In this document: positions 1-10,533 of the stretch, in pieces
How positions within the stretch are numbered: position 1 is the stretch's first letter
Layout: each line of letters opens with the position of its first letter
Assembly: GCA_947475205.1 (NCBI GenBank)
Contig: CANJNG010000004.1
Span: 2,769-66,768 of the forward strand
Length of the DNA: 64,000 nt
Direction of reading: 5' to 3'
Source: Bacteroidota bacterium
GTDB taxonomy: Bacteria > Bacteroidota > Bacteroidia > JAIBAJ01
Notes under the pieces: model-generated
The model's database searches: none
What the model saw: the letters and a program-made list of their open reading frames with translations, nothing else
What the model was told of the DNA's origin: nothing
Position numbers and translations under genes: made by a program

Positions 1-122
1 ATCGTATCCGGTGCGATGGCTTATAGTAGTTACCAGTTTGTTCAGCAGTTTGCTTTTGGCTGTTATTGCTATTTCTGCTATTGAAAATTACCGAAATAGT
101 AGCGAGCAATGAGAGTAGAGTA

Positions 123-1601
123 ATGAGTATCTCCGATTTATCTTCTTCAGCACAAATGAATAAATCATTACCCGCAAAATGGATATACTGGGTTGCGGGG
201 GTATTTATTGCACTAAACTGTGTGCTGATTGCCAATGGGTTTTTCTATGCTCCGCTTTTACCGCTTGGACTGGCCGTGATGCTACTTTCGCTTATTGCCC
301 TGGACAAGTTGGTGCTTTTTATTGTGTTTTGCACACCATTGGCCATCAATATTCCAAATATTGGTGGTGGTGTTGGATTGGCCATTCCCACCGACCCTCT
401 GCTTTTCGGTTCAATGTTGGTTTTCTTCTTAAAATTACTTTTTGAAGGAAAGTTTGACCAAAAATTGCTTTCGCACCCCGTAACTATTGCAATAATTATC
501 AATTTGGCCTGGATTGGCATTACTGCGTTTTCAAGCTCTATGCCAGTTGTTTCCTTCAAATTTTTGCTTTCGCGAATGTGGTTTGTGGTTACTTTTTATT
601 TTTTGGCGGCTCAAATGTTCAAGCAACCTAAGAATATTCAACGCTATATTTGGGTGTATGTTATTCCATTTATGGGAATTATTGGCTACACTATTTACCG
701 CCACTATACTTTTGGCTTCGACCAGCAATCGGCCAACTGGGTAATGTCGCCGTTCTATAATGACCACACGGTTTATGGTGCCATTTTGGCAATGTTTATG
801 CCTTTGTTACTCACTTATACGGTTTCCGACATCTATTCTCGCTCCACCCGAATTTACATTGCCATTGTTTTTGGAATTTATATTCTCGCACTAATTCTGT
901 CTTACACCCGTGCTGCTTGGGTGAGCCTTATTGTTGCTTTGGGGGTTTATGTTGTTATGAAACTGAGAATTCGGTTTACAACCTTACTTATTGGTGGAGC
1001 AACGGCTTTGGCAATCTTAGCTATGAGTTGGTCACAATTGCAAATGAAACTGGAAAAGAACCGTCAGGATAGTGCCGATGATTTTTCCAAACACGTTAAA
1101 AGTATTTCCAATATATCTTCCGATGCTAGTAATTTGGAACGCTTAAATCGTTGGGGCTCGGCCTTTCGAATGTTTGAACAACGACCTTTTGTGGGTTGGG
1201 GGCCGGGTACTTATGCCTTCAAATATGCTCCGTTTCAAATGAGTCAGGAAAAAACCATAATCAGCACAAATGCCGGTGATATGGGGAATGCTCATAGTGA
1301 GTATATAGGGCCCTTAGCTGAAAGTGGGGTATTTGGTATGCTTTCCATTTTACTCATCCTTATCACCTCAATCACTACCGGTATAAAGCTCTATTTTAGA
1401 CTTTCTGATCCAAAGACCAAAATGATGGTGATGGCTTTAACGCTTGGGATTATTACCTATTACATTCACGGATTCCTCAATAATTTCTTAGACACCGATA
1501 AGGCTTCCTGCCCGTTTTGGGGCTTTATTGCTATGCTCGTGATGATGGATATTACCCTCGATAAAACAACTTCGGAGGAAAAGGCTATAGAGGGAAAATA
1601 G
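123..1601 (+). CDS. O-antigen ligase (Wzy_C/WaaL-like) family polytopic membrane protein
   Basis: The ORF at 66..1601 is very hydrophobic with about 10 or more predicted TM segments. It carries the characteristic O-antigen-ligase motif region (NDHTVYGAILAMFMPLLL ... SYTRAAWVSLIVALG) and a large periplasmic loop. The first ATG in frame is at 123 and the frame opens after a stop at 27-29. Confidence 0.6.
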   Translation: MSISDLSSSAQMNKSLPAKWIYWVAGVFIALNCVLIANGFFYAPLLPLGLAVMLLSLIALDKLVLFIVFCTPLAINIPNIGGGVGLAIPTDPLLFGSMLVFFLKLLFEGKFDQKLLSHPVTIAIIINLAWIGITAFSSSMPVVSFKFLLSRMWFVVTFYFLAAQMFKQPKNIQRYIWVYVIPFMGIIGYTIYRHYTFGFDQQSANWVMSPFYNDHTVYGAILAMFMPLLLTYTVSDIYSRSTRIYIAIVFGIYILALILSYTRAAWVSLIVALGVYVVMKLRIRFTTLLIGGATALAILAMSWSQLQMKLEKNRQDSADDFSKHVKSISNISSDASNLERLNRWGSAFRMFEQRPFVGWGPGTYAFKYAPFQMSQEKTIISTNAGDMGNAHSEYIGPLAESGVFGMLSILLILITSITTGIKLYFRLSDPKTKMMVMALTLGIITYYIHGFLNNFLDTDKASCPFWGFIAMLVMMDITLDKTTSEEKAIEGK

Positions 1602-1628
1602 CGACTTATTGGCAATTCGGGAAACCCC

Positions 1629-3290
1629 TTATGTCTGAATCACCCCAACATTATACGGCTTGGTTATAGGAGCGTGGTTAGCAGCTTCTATTCCCATACT
1701 AATGTATTTGCGTGTATCAAGCGGATTGATGATAGCATCTACCCAAAGCCGTGCTGCACCATAATACGGCGAAATGGTATCGGCGTATTTTTGTTTGATT
1801 TTGTCAAGCAGAGCTGTTTCATCTTCGGGTAATATGGTTTTTCCTTTGGCTTTCAGGCTGCTTACTTCTATTTGAAGCAATGTTTTGGCGGCTTGTGCTC
1901 CTCCCATTACAGCAATTTGTGCTGATGGCCAAGCGAGCATTAGACGAGGGTCATAAGCTTTACCACACATGGCATAGTTTCCGGCTCCATAGCTGTTTCC
2001 GATTACTACCGTAAACTTAGGCACAACGCTATTCGCCATTGCATTCACCATTTTGGCTCCGTCTTTAATTATTCCGCTGTGTTCGGAACGGCTACCCACC
2101 ATAAATCCGGTTACATCGTGAAGAAACAAAAGAGGGATTTTCTTCTGGTTGCAATTCATAACAAACCGTGCAGCTTTATCGGCACTGTCGTTATAAATTA
2201 CGCCGCCCATCTGCATTTCGCCCTTCTTCGATTTCACAATCTTGCGGTCGTTGGCCACAATTCCAATTGCCCAACCTTCTATACGAGCTAACCCACAAAT
2301 AATACTCTGACCGTATTTTTCTTTGTAAGGCTCAAACGAACTTTCGTCAATCAGTCTGTCGATTATGGCTTGCATATCGTAGGCTTTGTTGCGATCATCG
2401 GGTAGGATGCCGAAAATTTCCTTGGGGTCTTTGGCAGGTTTTTGAGGCTTTTCGCGGTTAAATCCGGCTTTGTCATAATCTCCCACCTTGCTCATTATGT
2501 TTCGGATGCGTTTCAAGCAATCGTCGTCGTCTTTGCATTTATAATCTGTTACGCCCGATATTTCGCATTGAGTTGTTGCTCCTCCAAGGGTTTCGTTGTC
2601 CACATCTTCGCCAATGGCAGCTTTTACCAAATAGGAACCGGCCAGAAAGATGCTTCCGGTTTTGTCCACTATCATGGCCTCATCACTCATAATGGGAAGA
2701 TAGGCTCCTCCGGCAACGCAACTTCCCATAATGGCGGCAATTTGCAATACGCCCATCGAGCTCAGCACCGCATTGTTGCGGAATATGCGTCCGAAATGGT
2801 CTTTGTCGGCAAACACCTCGTCTTGCAAAGGCAGATAAACTCCTGCACTATCAACAAGATATATAATTGGTAAACGGTTTTCGATGGCAATTTCCTGAGC
2901 CCTGAGATTCTTTTTTGCGGTGATGGGAAACCAGGCTCCGGCTTTTACTGTGGCATCGTTAGCCACCACTATGCATTGGCGTTTGCTAACATATCCAATC
3001 ATAACCACTACGCCACCACCGGGGCAGCCGCCGTGTTCGGCATACATTCCTTCTCCGGCCAATGCTCCAATCTCGATGCGTTGACTATCGGGGTCGAGTA
3101 GCTTTTCGATGCGTTCGCGAGCGGTGAGTTTTCCTTTCTCGTGTTCTTTATCTATCCGTGTTTTTCCGCCGCCTAAGCCTACTTTCTCCAATCTTTTTTC
3201 CAATTGGCTGGCGAGCATTCGGTTTGCATCTTCGTTTTTATTGAATGTAATGTCCATTGATTTTTTGAGTGGGCGAAGATAGGGGTTCAA
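1629..3290 (-). CDS. Acyl-CoA carboxylase carboxyltransferase beta subunit (methylcrotonoyl-/propionyl-CoA carboxylase beta-like)
   Basis: 553 aa. Carboxyltransferase motifs are present: GKLTARERIEKLLDP, VVANDATVKAGAWFP, FGRIFRNNAVLSS, AIMGSCVAGGAYLP and GGATTQCEISGVTD, with a second CT half-domain (MQMGGVIYNDSADKAARFV...). These resemble MccB/PccB proteins. Confidence 0.8.
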   Translation of the reverse strand: MNPYLRPLKKSMDITFNKNEDANRMLASQLEKRLEKVGLGGGKTRIDKEHEKGKLTARERIEKLLDPDSQRIEIGALAGEGMYAEHGGCPGGGVVVMIGYVSKRQCIVVANDATVKAGAWFPITAKKNLRAQEIAIENRLPIIYLVDSAGVYLPLQDEVFADKDHFGRIFRNNAVLSSMGVLQIAAIMGSCVAGGAYLPIMSDEAMIVDKTGSIFLAGSYLVKAAIGEDVDNETLGGATTQCEISGVTDYKCKDDDDCLKRIRNIMSKVGDYDKAGFNREKPQKPAKDPKEIFGILPDDRNKAYDMQAIIDRLIDESSFEPYKEKYGQSIICGLARIEGWAIGIVANDRKIVKSKKGEMQMGGVIYNDSADKAARFVMNCNQKKIPLLFLHDVTGFMVGSRSEHSGIIKDGAKMVNAMANSVVPKFTVVIGNSYGAGNYAMCGKAYDPRLMLAWPSAQIAVMGGAQAAKTLLQIEVSSLKAKGKTILPEDETALLDKIKQKYADTISPYYGAARLWVDAIINPLDTRKYISMGIEAANHAPITKPYNVGVIQT

Positions 3291-3414
3291 TTACGAACGG
3301 CAAAGCCCTCAACGGAGTTAATTACGAATTGCGATTTTGGATGTGTAGCACGAAAATTTTCGTTCAAACAAAAATTGAATTTTCCTTTAAGAGGAAATAT
3401 CGCCATTAAGAGAG

Positions 3415-4398
3415 CTAAACACTTTTCATCCTCAACCACAGCAGCAACTGTACCCCAAACAGTACACTGGCCAATAGAATATGCACAGGTTGCATTGCTG
3501 CCGGAAAATCAAAATAAACAAGGGTTATTCCCGATAGGATTTCAACGCCTATTATGCCCATTATCCATTTCGATAATGGTTCACTGATAGGTTTTAGTTT
3601 CCAAAACAAAAAGCCGTTAAAACCCAGCACAAGTAGGGAGAAACTACGGTGCAGATAAAACTTCCAGTCTAACTGGGCTATCCAAATACTACGAAGGCCA
3701 TAATCATTCTGGTAAGAAATAACATCAATCTCTTTGCGGACTTCGGTTCCCAAATATACTTGAATAATGGAAAGTGATAGTGCAGCTAAGCAAATGGCCT
3801 TTAGGTGGCTTGGAACTTCTACCGTTAATGGGGAAATTATATGAAGCATTTTTATCAATATCCCAAATATAACGAAAGCCAACAACATGTGTATGGTGAT
3901 GGTCCCGGGCAGCAGATTGGTGGAAACCACAATGGAACCCAGCCAACCCTGAAACAAAGTGATTATGAATACGGCCAATGCCCAGCCAAAGATGGCTTTG
4001 AACTCATTTCTTCGTTTAAAGGAAATCCAAAGCAGAGCAAAAAGCAAGGGGCCGAGTACTACTCCACAAAGGCGATTGGCATACTCTATCCAAGCTTTTG
4101 TTACGTTAAAATCGGTTTCGGTTTTTACCGATGGGTCATTTACGATTAGGTAGGCTAAATTGGTAAACCCCGCAGCGGATAAATATTTGGCCAACTTCTC
4201 ATTTTTCTGAATGCGTTTGGCAATGTATATATCCTTGTAGTTGGCCGGTAATTGGCTGGCATCGGTAGGAGGGGCTAATTGTCCGAAGCATTTAGGCCAA
4301 TCGGGACAACCCATTCCGGAGCCGGTAGTGCGAACCACACTTCCTGCCAAAATGATTAAATAGGTATTAATAATGCAGGCTATGATGAGTTTTTTCAT
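3415..4398 (-). CDS. ctaA: Heme A synthase (COX15/CtaA family)
   Basis: The N-terminus reads SVVRTTGSGMGCPDWPKCFG, the Cys-containing CtaA signature. There are about 8 TM helices and conserved His residues in the paired halves. It lies next to the caa3 oxidase genes. Confidence 0.8.
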   Translation of the reverse strand: MKKLIIACIINTYLIILAGSVVRTTGSGMGCPDWPKCFGQLAPPTDASQLPANYKDIYIAKRIQKNEKLAKYLSAAGFTNLAYLIVNDPSVKTETDFNVTKAWIEYANRLCGVVLGPLLFALLWISFKRRNEFKAIFGWALAVFIITLFQGWLGSIVVSTNLLPGTITIHMLLAFVIFGILIKMLHIISPLTVEVPSHLKAICLAALSLSIIQVYLGTEVRKEIDVISYQNDYGLRSIWIAQLDWKFYLHRSFSLLVLGFNGFLFWKLKPISEPLSKWIMGIIGVEILSGITLVYFDFPAAMQPVHILLASVLFGVQLLLWLRMKSV

Positions 4399-4483
4399 TT
4401 TGCCCTGCTAAGAGAAACTGTACAATGAAACAGAGAGAACGCAGATTAAGCACACCCTGTTGAAGCATAAAAGAGAAGAAAAC

Positions 4484-4669
4484 TTATTTCGTTTCGGTGG
4501 AGTCAGTTTTACCATCGCCTTTCGAAGCATCCTTAAATTCCTTTACGCCTTGGCCTAAGCCTTTCATTAATTCAGGAATTTTTTTGCCACCAAAAAGCAA
4601 TAGCACTACTACCAGAATAATGATTAATTCCTGAGCACCTATAAAGCCGAGAAGAATAGATAAAAGCAT
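4484..4669 (-). CDS. tatA: Twin-arginine translocase TatA/E family protein
   Basis: 61 aa. It has a single N-terminal TM helix followed by an amphipathic helix ([25 protein letters not shown]). ActB downstream carries a Tat signal (RRDFLKF). Confidence 0.8.
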   Translation of the reverse strand: MLLSILLGFIGAQELIIILVVVLLLFGGKKIPELMKGLGQGVKEFKDASKGDGKTDSTETK

Positions 4670-4846
4670 TGTTTCTATATTTTGGACAAAGGTAGGGGTA
4701 TTTGCCCAAATCTAAGTAATAAACCATTTAGTTTAAATACCCTTTTCTTGATTTGATTTAAGCATTAGTCGGTTAACCAAGGTTACAGTTAAATCTTGAC
4801 CTCCTTCTTAAAGGAAAAAGGCTATTATTGCATCCAATTTCAACAA

Positions 4847-7771
4847 ATGAAAAATCTTTTTACTTCAATATCAATTGGCCTTGCGGCATTGGCTTTTCAG
4901 TTTAATGCAATGGCTCAATGTCCGGGCTGTGTGATTGACCAAACCTGTGCAGTTGGGATAAATCCTGTTGCACCATCGCAATGCCCCGTGGTTTTACCTA
5001 ATGCCACACAAGGCGTTCCTTACGACCAAGACATTACGTTTTATATGCCCCGAAACTTCAACGTAAATACCCCAGCATATACAGGAGCGGTGCAATTAAA
5101 CTCTATAACTGTGGTTAGTTATACCGGAATGCCACAGGGTTTAAATTTCACTTGCAGTGTGCCAAGTTGCTCATTCACAGTAACCAACAATCCTGCATCC
5201 GAAAGAGCCTGTGCTAAAGTTTGTGGCACACCAACCGTTCCGGGTAATTATGTGATATTGATAAATGTAATTGCTAACGTAACGGCATTATCAGTTGGTG
5301 TTACACAAAACCAACCCAGCACAATCACCATTCCGCTAACTGTAGATCAACAGCCTGGAGGAAATTGCTGTTTTAATTTTAATCCACCCACTGCTTGCGG
5401 AGATTTAGATGTAACCTATCAGGCACTTATCGACCTTGCTCCAAACCAACCCACCAGCTACCAATGGACATTTGACAACGGAAACACCAGCACTTTGAAA
5501 AACCCTCCAGTGCAACATTACTCACAAGTGGGGCAACATTTTCCACGCCTGGTAACAACGGTTTCAAATTATGTGCTTACCGCAATAGACGTAACCGTAT
5601 CGGGCACTAATTGGTGTGGTGATATTGAAGAGCCAAACATTCTTACATGCCAAGGTTCACCTGATCCGTATTACTTATTTACGAATGGTTCTATATCTTT
5701 TCAGTCGGCTTATGTAAACAATAATGCCCATGCAACTTTCAATAATCTTCATCATGTTTTGGAAAATCCAATTATGTCTGTCCAGTTTTTAGATGATGAT
5801 GGCACCTCGCAAGATGATAATTTAGGAACTTTTGCAGCCAATATTACTGCTGCTGGAACTTTCAGTTTCTCCACCTCAGTAAGCGGGACTATCCAAACCT
5901 CCGGAACTTATACCATTTCTTTAGAAACCGATACTGTTTACGACACCACAGATACCGTAGAAGTTTATGCAAATCCCGCTATTCCAACCATTACATCAAG
6001 CCCTAACGACAGTGTTTGTATAGGCGATTCTATTTTGCTTTCTACACCAAGCGGCCCTTACAGCTATCAATGGTTCAATATCCATACACTTATTTCTGAC
6101 TCCATCGCCACTTATGTTTCCTTAGCCGGATATTATAGAGTTACGGTAGTGGACACCCTTCATATTTGCTCTGCTACTTCCGATAGCGTTTTTATGGCCT
6201 TCGTACAATATCCTCAAGCACCTGTAATCACAGTAAATACAACGTTGAACCAGTTGGAAATTGCAAACAATAGCGGAAACTTTGATGTGCAGTGGTATAA
6301 TAATGGTGTATTAATACCCAACGCAACCGGAAATGCCCTTGCCGGACAAACCACGGCGGGGCCTTACACCGCAACTTTTACAAATTCTGTTGGTTGTAAT
6401 TCCGAATCGTTTCCGTTTACGCTTTGCCTGTCGGGTACAGTTATTGCACCACCAAACGACACACTTTGTTGTGGTGAACTTCAAGAATACTTGGCCACTG
6501 GTTTTGTAACCAGCCTTGGATACACAACCGCTTGGGCCATTACACCTGCAAGTTTCGGTCCTATAAACAGTGCTCAAACTGTGGCTGCGGCAAATGCTGC
6601 TGGTTATGTTCATTTGCCAAGTACAAGTACAAGCATAGATTTCACCCGTGTTTGCTTCAACAATGCCGATAGCATAATTGATGGCGATTACTTTGTCACA
6701 CCTTTTATTGTTGAAGATGTTGCCATTCCTGCACCATTGGAATGGGATACACTTATCGGTTGCCGCCCACATGCATTTATGTGTCCTGTATTATCTGGCG
6801 ATTCGGGATGGGCAATGAATCCAATGCTATTTACGTTTCCCGATGGTTCACAGTTAAACGTAAATCAAGTGCAGGCGTTTGGTTTAGATATTACCGCACC
6901 GCTTTTAGCCGCAGCTTATCCGGCAGGTCTTCCTTGTATAGATTTAATGAATATTTTTCATGGCAATCCCAACGGACACTGGAATCTCTCGGCTACCAAT
7001 GTTGGAGTAGGTGATTTGCACGTTGATGTTCCGGCATTTCAGGTGATAAATTATGTGGATAGTTGTCCCCTAATTACTGCCAATCAGGTTTATACTATTG
7101 ATGCGGTTTCGCTCGTAATTCCGCCCGGACAAACCGGTCAAGTTGACATTGATATTCCGCCAATTCCCGGAGGTTTCCCATCTGTAACAAGTGAGTGTAG
7201 CGGATTTGGCGACAGCCATTTAGTTTATTTCAAGAATTGCTATCCCAATTTGACATGTACGCTTCACGCTGATAGTGTTCAGGCCGTAAACGTTACAACG
7301 GTAGGAGGCACAAATGGTTTTGCCGATATTTCTGTGGCGGGTGGAACTCCCCCTTATACGCTAACTTGGAACACAGGTAGCCACAACGAAGATCTATTTG
7401 GAGTTGCAGCAGGCACTTATACTCTAGCTGTTCGAGATGCTGCTGGATGCAAAGACACCCTACGCATTACAATTTCTGAACCGCCCACAGGAGTAGCGGC
7501 TCTTAATAATAACGGTATCATTTTGTTCCAGAACCAGCCCAACCCCGCCGATGCGTTTACCGATATTCTATTCACCAGCCCCAACACCGATAACTATGAA
7601 ATTTCGGTAAGCGGCATTGAAGGGAAAGTTCTTTTTTCGGAAACCATCAAAGCAAAATCAGGATTGAATACATACCGTTTAGATACCAAAAATCTTTCGG
7701 CAGGAAGCTACCTTTATTCTGTGAAAAGTAAAACGGCCAATGCTACTAAACGAATGTTGATTGTGAAATAA
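4847..7771 (+). CDS. Large Cys-rich secreted protein with SprB repeat and type-A T9SS C-terminal sorting domain
   Basis: The signal peptide starts at MKNLFTSISIGLAALAFQFNAMAQ, at the internal Met at 4847. A SprB-repeat motif is present (GGTPPYTLTWNTGSHNEDLFGVAAGTYTLAVRDAAGC). The C-terminal ~80 aa (FQNQPNP...GSYLYSVKS...KRMLIVK) match the Por secretion tail. Confidence 0.7.
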   Translation: MKNLFTSISIGLAALAFQFNAMAQCPGCVIDQTCAVGINPVAPSQCPVVLPNATQGVPYDQDITFYMPRNFNVNTPAYTGAVQLNSITVVSYTGMPQGLNFTCSVPSCSFTVTNNPASERACAKVCGTPTVPGNYVILINVIANVTALSVGVTQNQPSTITIPLTVDQQPGGNCCFNFNPPTACGDLDVTYQALIDLAPNQPTSYQWTFDNGNTSTLKNPPVQHYSQVGQHFPRLVTTVSNYVLTAIDVTVSGTNWCGDIEEPNILTCQGSPDPYYLFTNGSISFQSAYVNNNAHATFNNLHHVLENPIMSVQFLDDDGTSQDDNLGTFAANITAAGTFSFSTSVSGTIQTSGTYTISLETDTVYDTTDTVEVYANPAIPTITSSPNDSVCIGDSILLSTPSGPYSYQWFNIHTLISDSIATYVSLAGYYRVTVVDTLHICSATSDSVFMAFVQYPQAPVITVNTTLNQLEIANNSGNFDVQWYNNGVLIPNATGNALAGQTTAGPYTATFTNSVGCNSESFPFTLCLSGTVIAPPNDTLCCGELQEYLATGFVTSLGYTTAWAITPASFGPINSAQTVAAANAAGYVHLPSTSTSIDFTRVCFNNADSIIDGDYFVTPFIVEDVAIPAPLEWDTLIGCRPHAFMCPVLSGDSGWAMNPMLFTFPDGSQLNVNQVQAFGLDITAPLLAAAYPAGLPCIDLMNIFHGNPNGHWNLSATNVGVGDLHVDVPAFQVINYVDSCPLITANQVYTIDAVSLVIPPGQTGQVDIDIPPIPGGFPSVTSECSGFGDSHLVYFKNCYPNLTCTLHADSVQAVNVTTVGGTNGFADISVAGGTPPYTLTWNTGSHNEDLFGVAAGTYTLAVRDAAGCKDTLRITISEPPTGVAALNNNGIILFQNQPNPADAFTDILFTSPNTDNYEISVSGIEGKVLFSETIKAKSGLNTYRLDTKNLSAGSYLYSVKSKTANATKRMLIVK

Positions 7772-7813
7772 ATCAATCTTGCTGATCGACTAGGGTGAAT
7801 GCTAATTTGTATT

Positions 7814-10369
7814 TCATGGTTTCTTAATAAATATAAACTGCCCACCTTCATCTCCCGTGTTTTTAATGGGAGAAAATTTTGGTGTTTGTTCAGAATTGTT
7901 AATTACCGGAATTTTCACTTTGGTGTAAAGCTGACTGGCATCGAAGTATTTGCTTTGGTTTGATTCAAGCGTTTTTAGGAAATAATAGGCAAACACAGAG
8001 TGGCCATCTTTGCCGCCATCCATCACGGGTTCGAGTCCGCCTGATGTAAGTGCCTGGCGACTACTTAGGCTTTGAACTTCTTTGTAGTATTTTTCTGATT
8101 CTTCAAACGGCACCGAAACAGTATTTCCACGGAAGATATCCCCGCTAAAGCAAGCATCGGAAACTAATAAGGTGTGCTTACCCTTTATTCCGCTTATATA
8201 GGTTTGGATATCGGAATTGGAAATATACTTGGCTGTAGAAGAATTTTCGGCATCTGCCGGCACCCAATATCCTTTATTCAGCTCTTTTTTGTATTCGCCG
8301 TGGCCGGAATAGTAAATGAACACATTGTCTTCTGCTTTTACGTTGGCCACCAACCATTCTAATTGGGCAATTATATTTTCACGATTGGCTTGCTCGTTAT
8401 AAAGGGTTTTGAAAAACTCGAATTTGTAGCTGGCACGAAGCAGCTTTTCAATGGCACGGGCATCGTTGGTGGCATTTTGCAGTACCGGCCAAGTGCCTTT
8501 ATATTTATCAATCCCGATAATGAGAGCGTAATAATTGCCAATGACCATTGTTTTGGCTTTCGACACATTTAAACCTTTAAGGGGATCGCCACCTCCTCGA
8601 TACAAATTGGCATTAGGGTCGGTTTTTTGTTGTTCCAATTCGTTGGCCTGAGCTATAACATCAGCCGAATAGTCTTCGCCCGCCGAAAGGTTTTCGTTCA
8701 ACTTTACTCGTAGAATTAACTCTTTTGCATTGGTGAAAGCCGCTCCTTCAATATCCACTCCCATTTTTATTTCAGAAAGGGTAAATGTTTTATCTGCATA
8801 AAACTCCATAGCTATTTCTCGCTCTTCGCCTGCTGCCATTGCAGGGATTTGCTCTGAAATTTTATTCACCGCAAAAACGTGTTCAGGTAGCAGGAAATTC
8901 ACCTTAATATTTCGGGCTGCCCCTTTTGTAATGTTTTTAATTTTTAGTTTTAGCGTAATTGGAGCACCAATTTCAGCTTTTCCTGTGGCAGAAGTGTAGC
9001 TTTGATTCATCACCATGATGTAACTATAACTTCCGGCACCACCCGTTTGAAATGAGAGTCTGGTAGGGGAAGCATCGCTACCGTTGGCTTCAGAAATGTT
9101 CAACACGAATGCTCCGTTTCCGGCTTGCAAATCAGCATTGGCATTTATGGGAATACTTATACTCTGACTTTTATCCCCGCCCAAATTGCCAATAAATACT
9201 TCTTTATCAAAACTGATGTCGGACGTTGGATTATCGAGCGATAATTTTGCAATCAAACGATAGGCATCACCTTTGCTTTGATTTTTAACTGTGAATGTGA
9301 GGGATGCCTTCTCGCCTCCCTCTATTATTCCGTTGCTATTTTCATCAGCAATTGTCAGGTTAGTGCAAACTAAAGTTGGAGCAACTTCGGGCTTTGGGTA
9401 CTTTGGTAATCCGAATTTTAGTTCGGTCATATCCCAAAATATCAAGCCTCCATCTATCCCACCCGAAATCAATTGTGACATTGCACTATTAAAAGCAATT
9501 GCACTCACATTACTTCCAGTAATTCCAATTTCTTTAACCGTTTTTTCCGTTTCGGTATGCCAGATTAAAATCTTCTTGTCATCGCCGCCCGCAATAACAT
9601 ATTGCACATCGGGGCTAAACGTTACTGTATTTATCTGCCCTTTCACCCCTTCAAATTCTTTTACCTTGGTAAAAGTTTTCCCATCCCAAAGCGTTACTTT
9701 CCCATTTCCGCCGCCGCCTGCCAAATATTTCCCATCACCGCTGAAGGACAGTGCTGATACCCCTTTGCTATCAATATCTATAGTCTGAATTAAAGTTCCC
9801 GCTAGTGCATCCCAAATTTTGATGGTATTGTCTAAGGCAGCACTGACTAAGCGTTTGCCATCGGGACTAAAAACCACCGAAGTAATTTCCTTGCTGTGAC
9901 CACTGAGGGTAAAAACAGACGTTTTGCTTTTGCTATTATCCCACACCTTTAAGGAGTTGTCTTTAGCTCCGCTAACAATATAGTCGTTGATGGGATTAAA
10001 CGCCACAGCAGTAACGGCAGCAGTGTGTTCAGCCAAAATGCGAATCGGAACACCCTGAGCAATATCCACTACCCGCACTTTCATATCTGAGCAACCCGAA
10101 ACATAGAGTTTGTTACTTGCATTAATAGCCACAGCGTTCACCTTATCGTTCTGCTTCATTGCCCCTTTAAGCTTTTCAGTGGTTTTGGTGTTCCACACAA
10201 AGGTTTTGAAATCGTTTCCGCCCGATACCAAAATGTTTCCATCAGAACTTATTGCCAAAGCGTTTACGCCACCATCGTGAGCATTGGTTTTAATTTTCGC
10301 TGGCTGATCTTGGGCGTGAAGGTTGATGCCAAGGGTAATGAACCCAAACAGGATTATGCATTTTTTCAT
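7814..10369 (-). CDS. Secreted WD40-repeat / CARDB-like / caspase (peptidase C14) fusion protein
   Basis: The signal peptide is MKKCIILFGFITLGINLHAQ, from the internal Met at 10369. About seven WD40 blades follow (repeated xSGGxDxxxxxWD motifs). Two beta-sandwich CARDB-like segments come next. The C-terminal caspase domain has the His-Cys dyad (YYSGHGEY ... LLVSDACFSGDIF). Confidence 0.7.
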   Translation of the reverse strand: MKKCIILFGFITLGINLHAQDQPAKIKTNAHDGGVNALAISSDGNILVSGGNDFKTFVWNTKTTEKLKGAMKQNDKVNAVAINASNKLYVSGCSDMKVRVVDIAQGVPIRILAEHTAAVTAVAFNPINDYIVSGAKDNSLKVWDNSKSKTSVFTLSGHSKEITSVVFSPDGKRLVSAALDNTIKIWDALAGTLIQTIDIDSKGVSALSFSGDGKYLAGGGGNGKVTLWDGKTFTKVKEFEGVKGQINTVTFSPDVQYVIAGGDDKKILIWHTETEKTVKEIGITGSNVSAIAFNSAMSQLISGGIDGGLIFWDMTELKFGLPKYPKPEVAPTLVCTNLTIADENSNGIIEGGEKASLTFTVKNQSKGDAYRLIAKLSLDNPTSDISFDKEVFIGNLGGDKSQSISIPINANADLQAGNGAFVLNISEANGSDASPTRLSFQTGGAGSYSYIMVMNQSYTSATGKAEIGAPITLKLKIKNITKGAARNIKVNFLLPEHVFAVNKISEQIPAMAAGEEREIAMEFYADKTFTLSEIKMGVDIEGAAFTNAKELILRVKLNENLSAGEDYSADVIAQANELEQQKTDPNANLYRGGGDPLKGLNVSKAKTMVIGNYYALIIGIDKYKGTWPVLQNATNDARAIEKLLRASYKFEFFKTLYNEQANRENIIAQLEWLVANVKAEDNVFIYYSGHGEYKKELNKGYWVPADAENSSTAKYISNSDIQTYISGIKGKHTLLVSDACFSGDIFRGNTVSVPFEESEKYYKEVQSLSSRQALTSGGLEPVMDGGKDGHSVFAYYFLKTLESNQSKYFDASQLYTKVKIPVINNSEQTPKFSPIKNTGDEGGQFIFIKKP

Positions 10370-10481
10370 TTGGGGCAAATTTGGTGATAAATGCCGATGA
10401 AAAGAAATTAATTTCGATGTTACGATTCTCCTCAAAATTTAATAACCAGCATTTAGTTGTCTGTATTAGACTTCCAAACAA

Positions 10482-10514
10482 AAAAGGCCGTATTCATCAG
10501 AATACGGCCTTATC
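10482..10514. terminator. Bidirectional rho-independent terminator between the caspase gene and coxA
   Basis: AAAAAAGGCCGTATTC-ATCAG-AATACGGCCTT forms a perfect 12-bp stem with A/T runs on both sides. It sits downstream of the coxA stop on the minus strand. Confidence 0.55.
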
Positions 10515-10533
10515 CTTATTAGTTATATCGCTT

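Noticed and set aside
2079-2873. Plus-strand ORFs 2079..2291 and 2442..2873, and similar antisense ORFs inside other large genes (e.g. 6311..6772, 9291..9788, 17921..18198, 26375..26869, 39373..40047, 40501..41631)
   Set aside because: They are fully embedded antisense to well-supported long genes and match nothing. They are typical spurious shadow ORFs.
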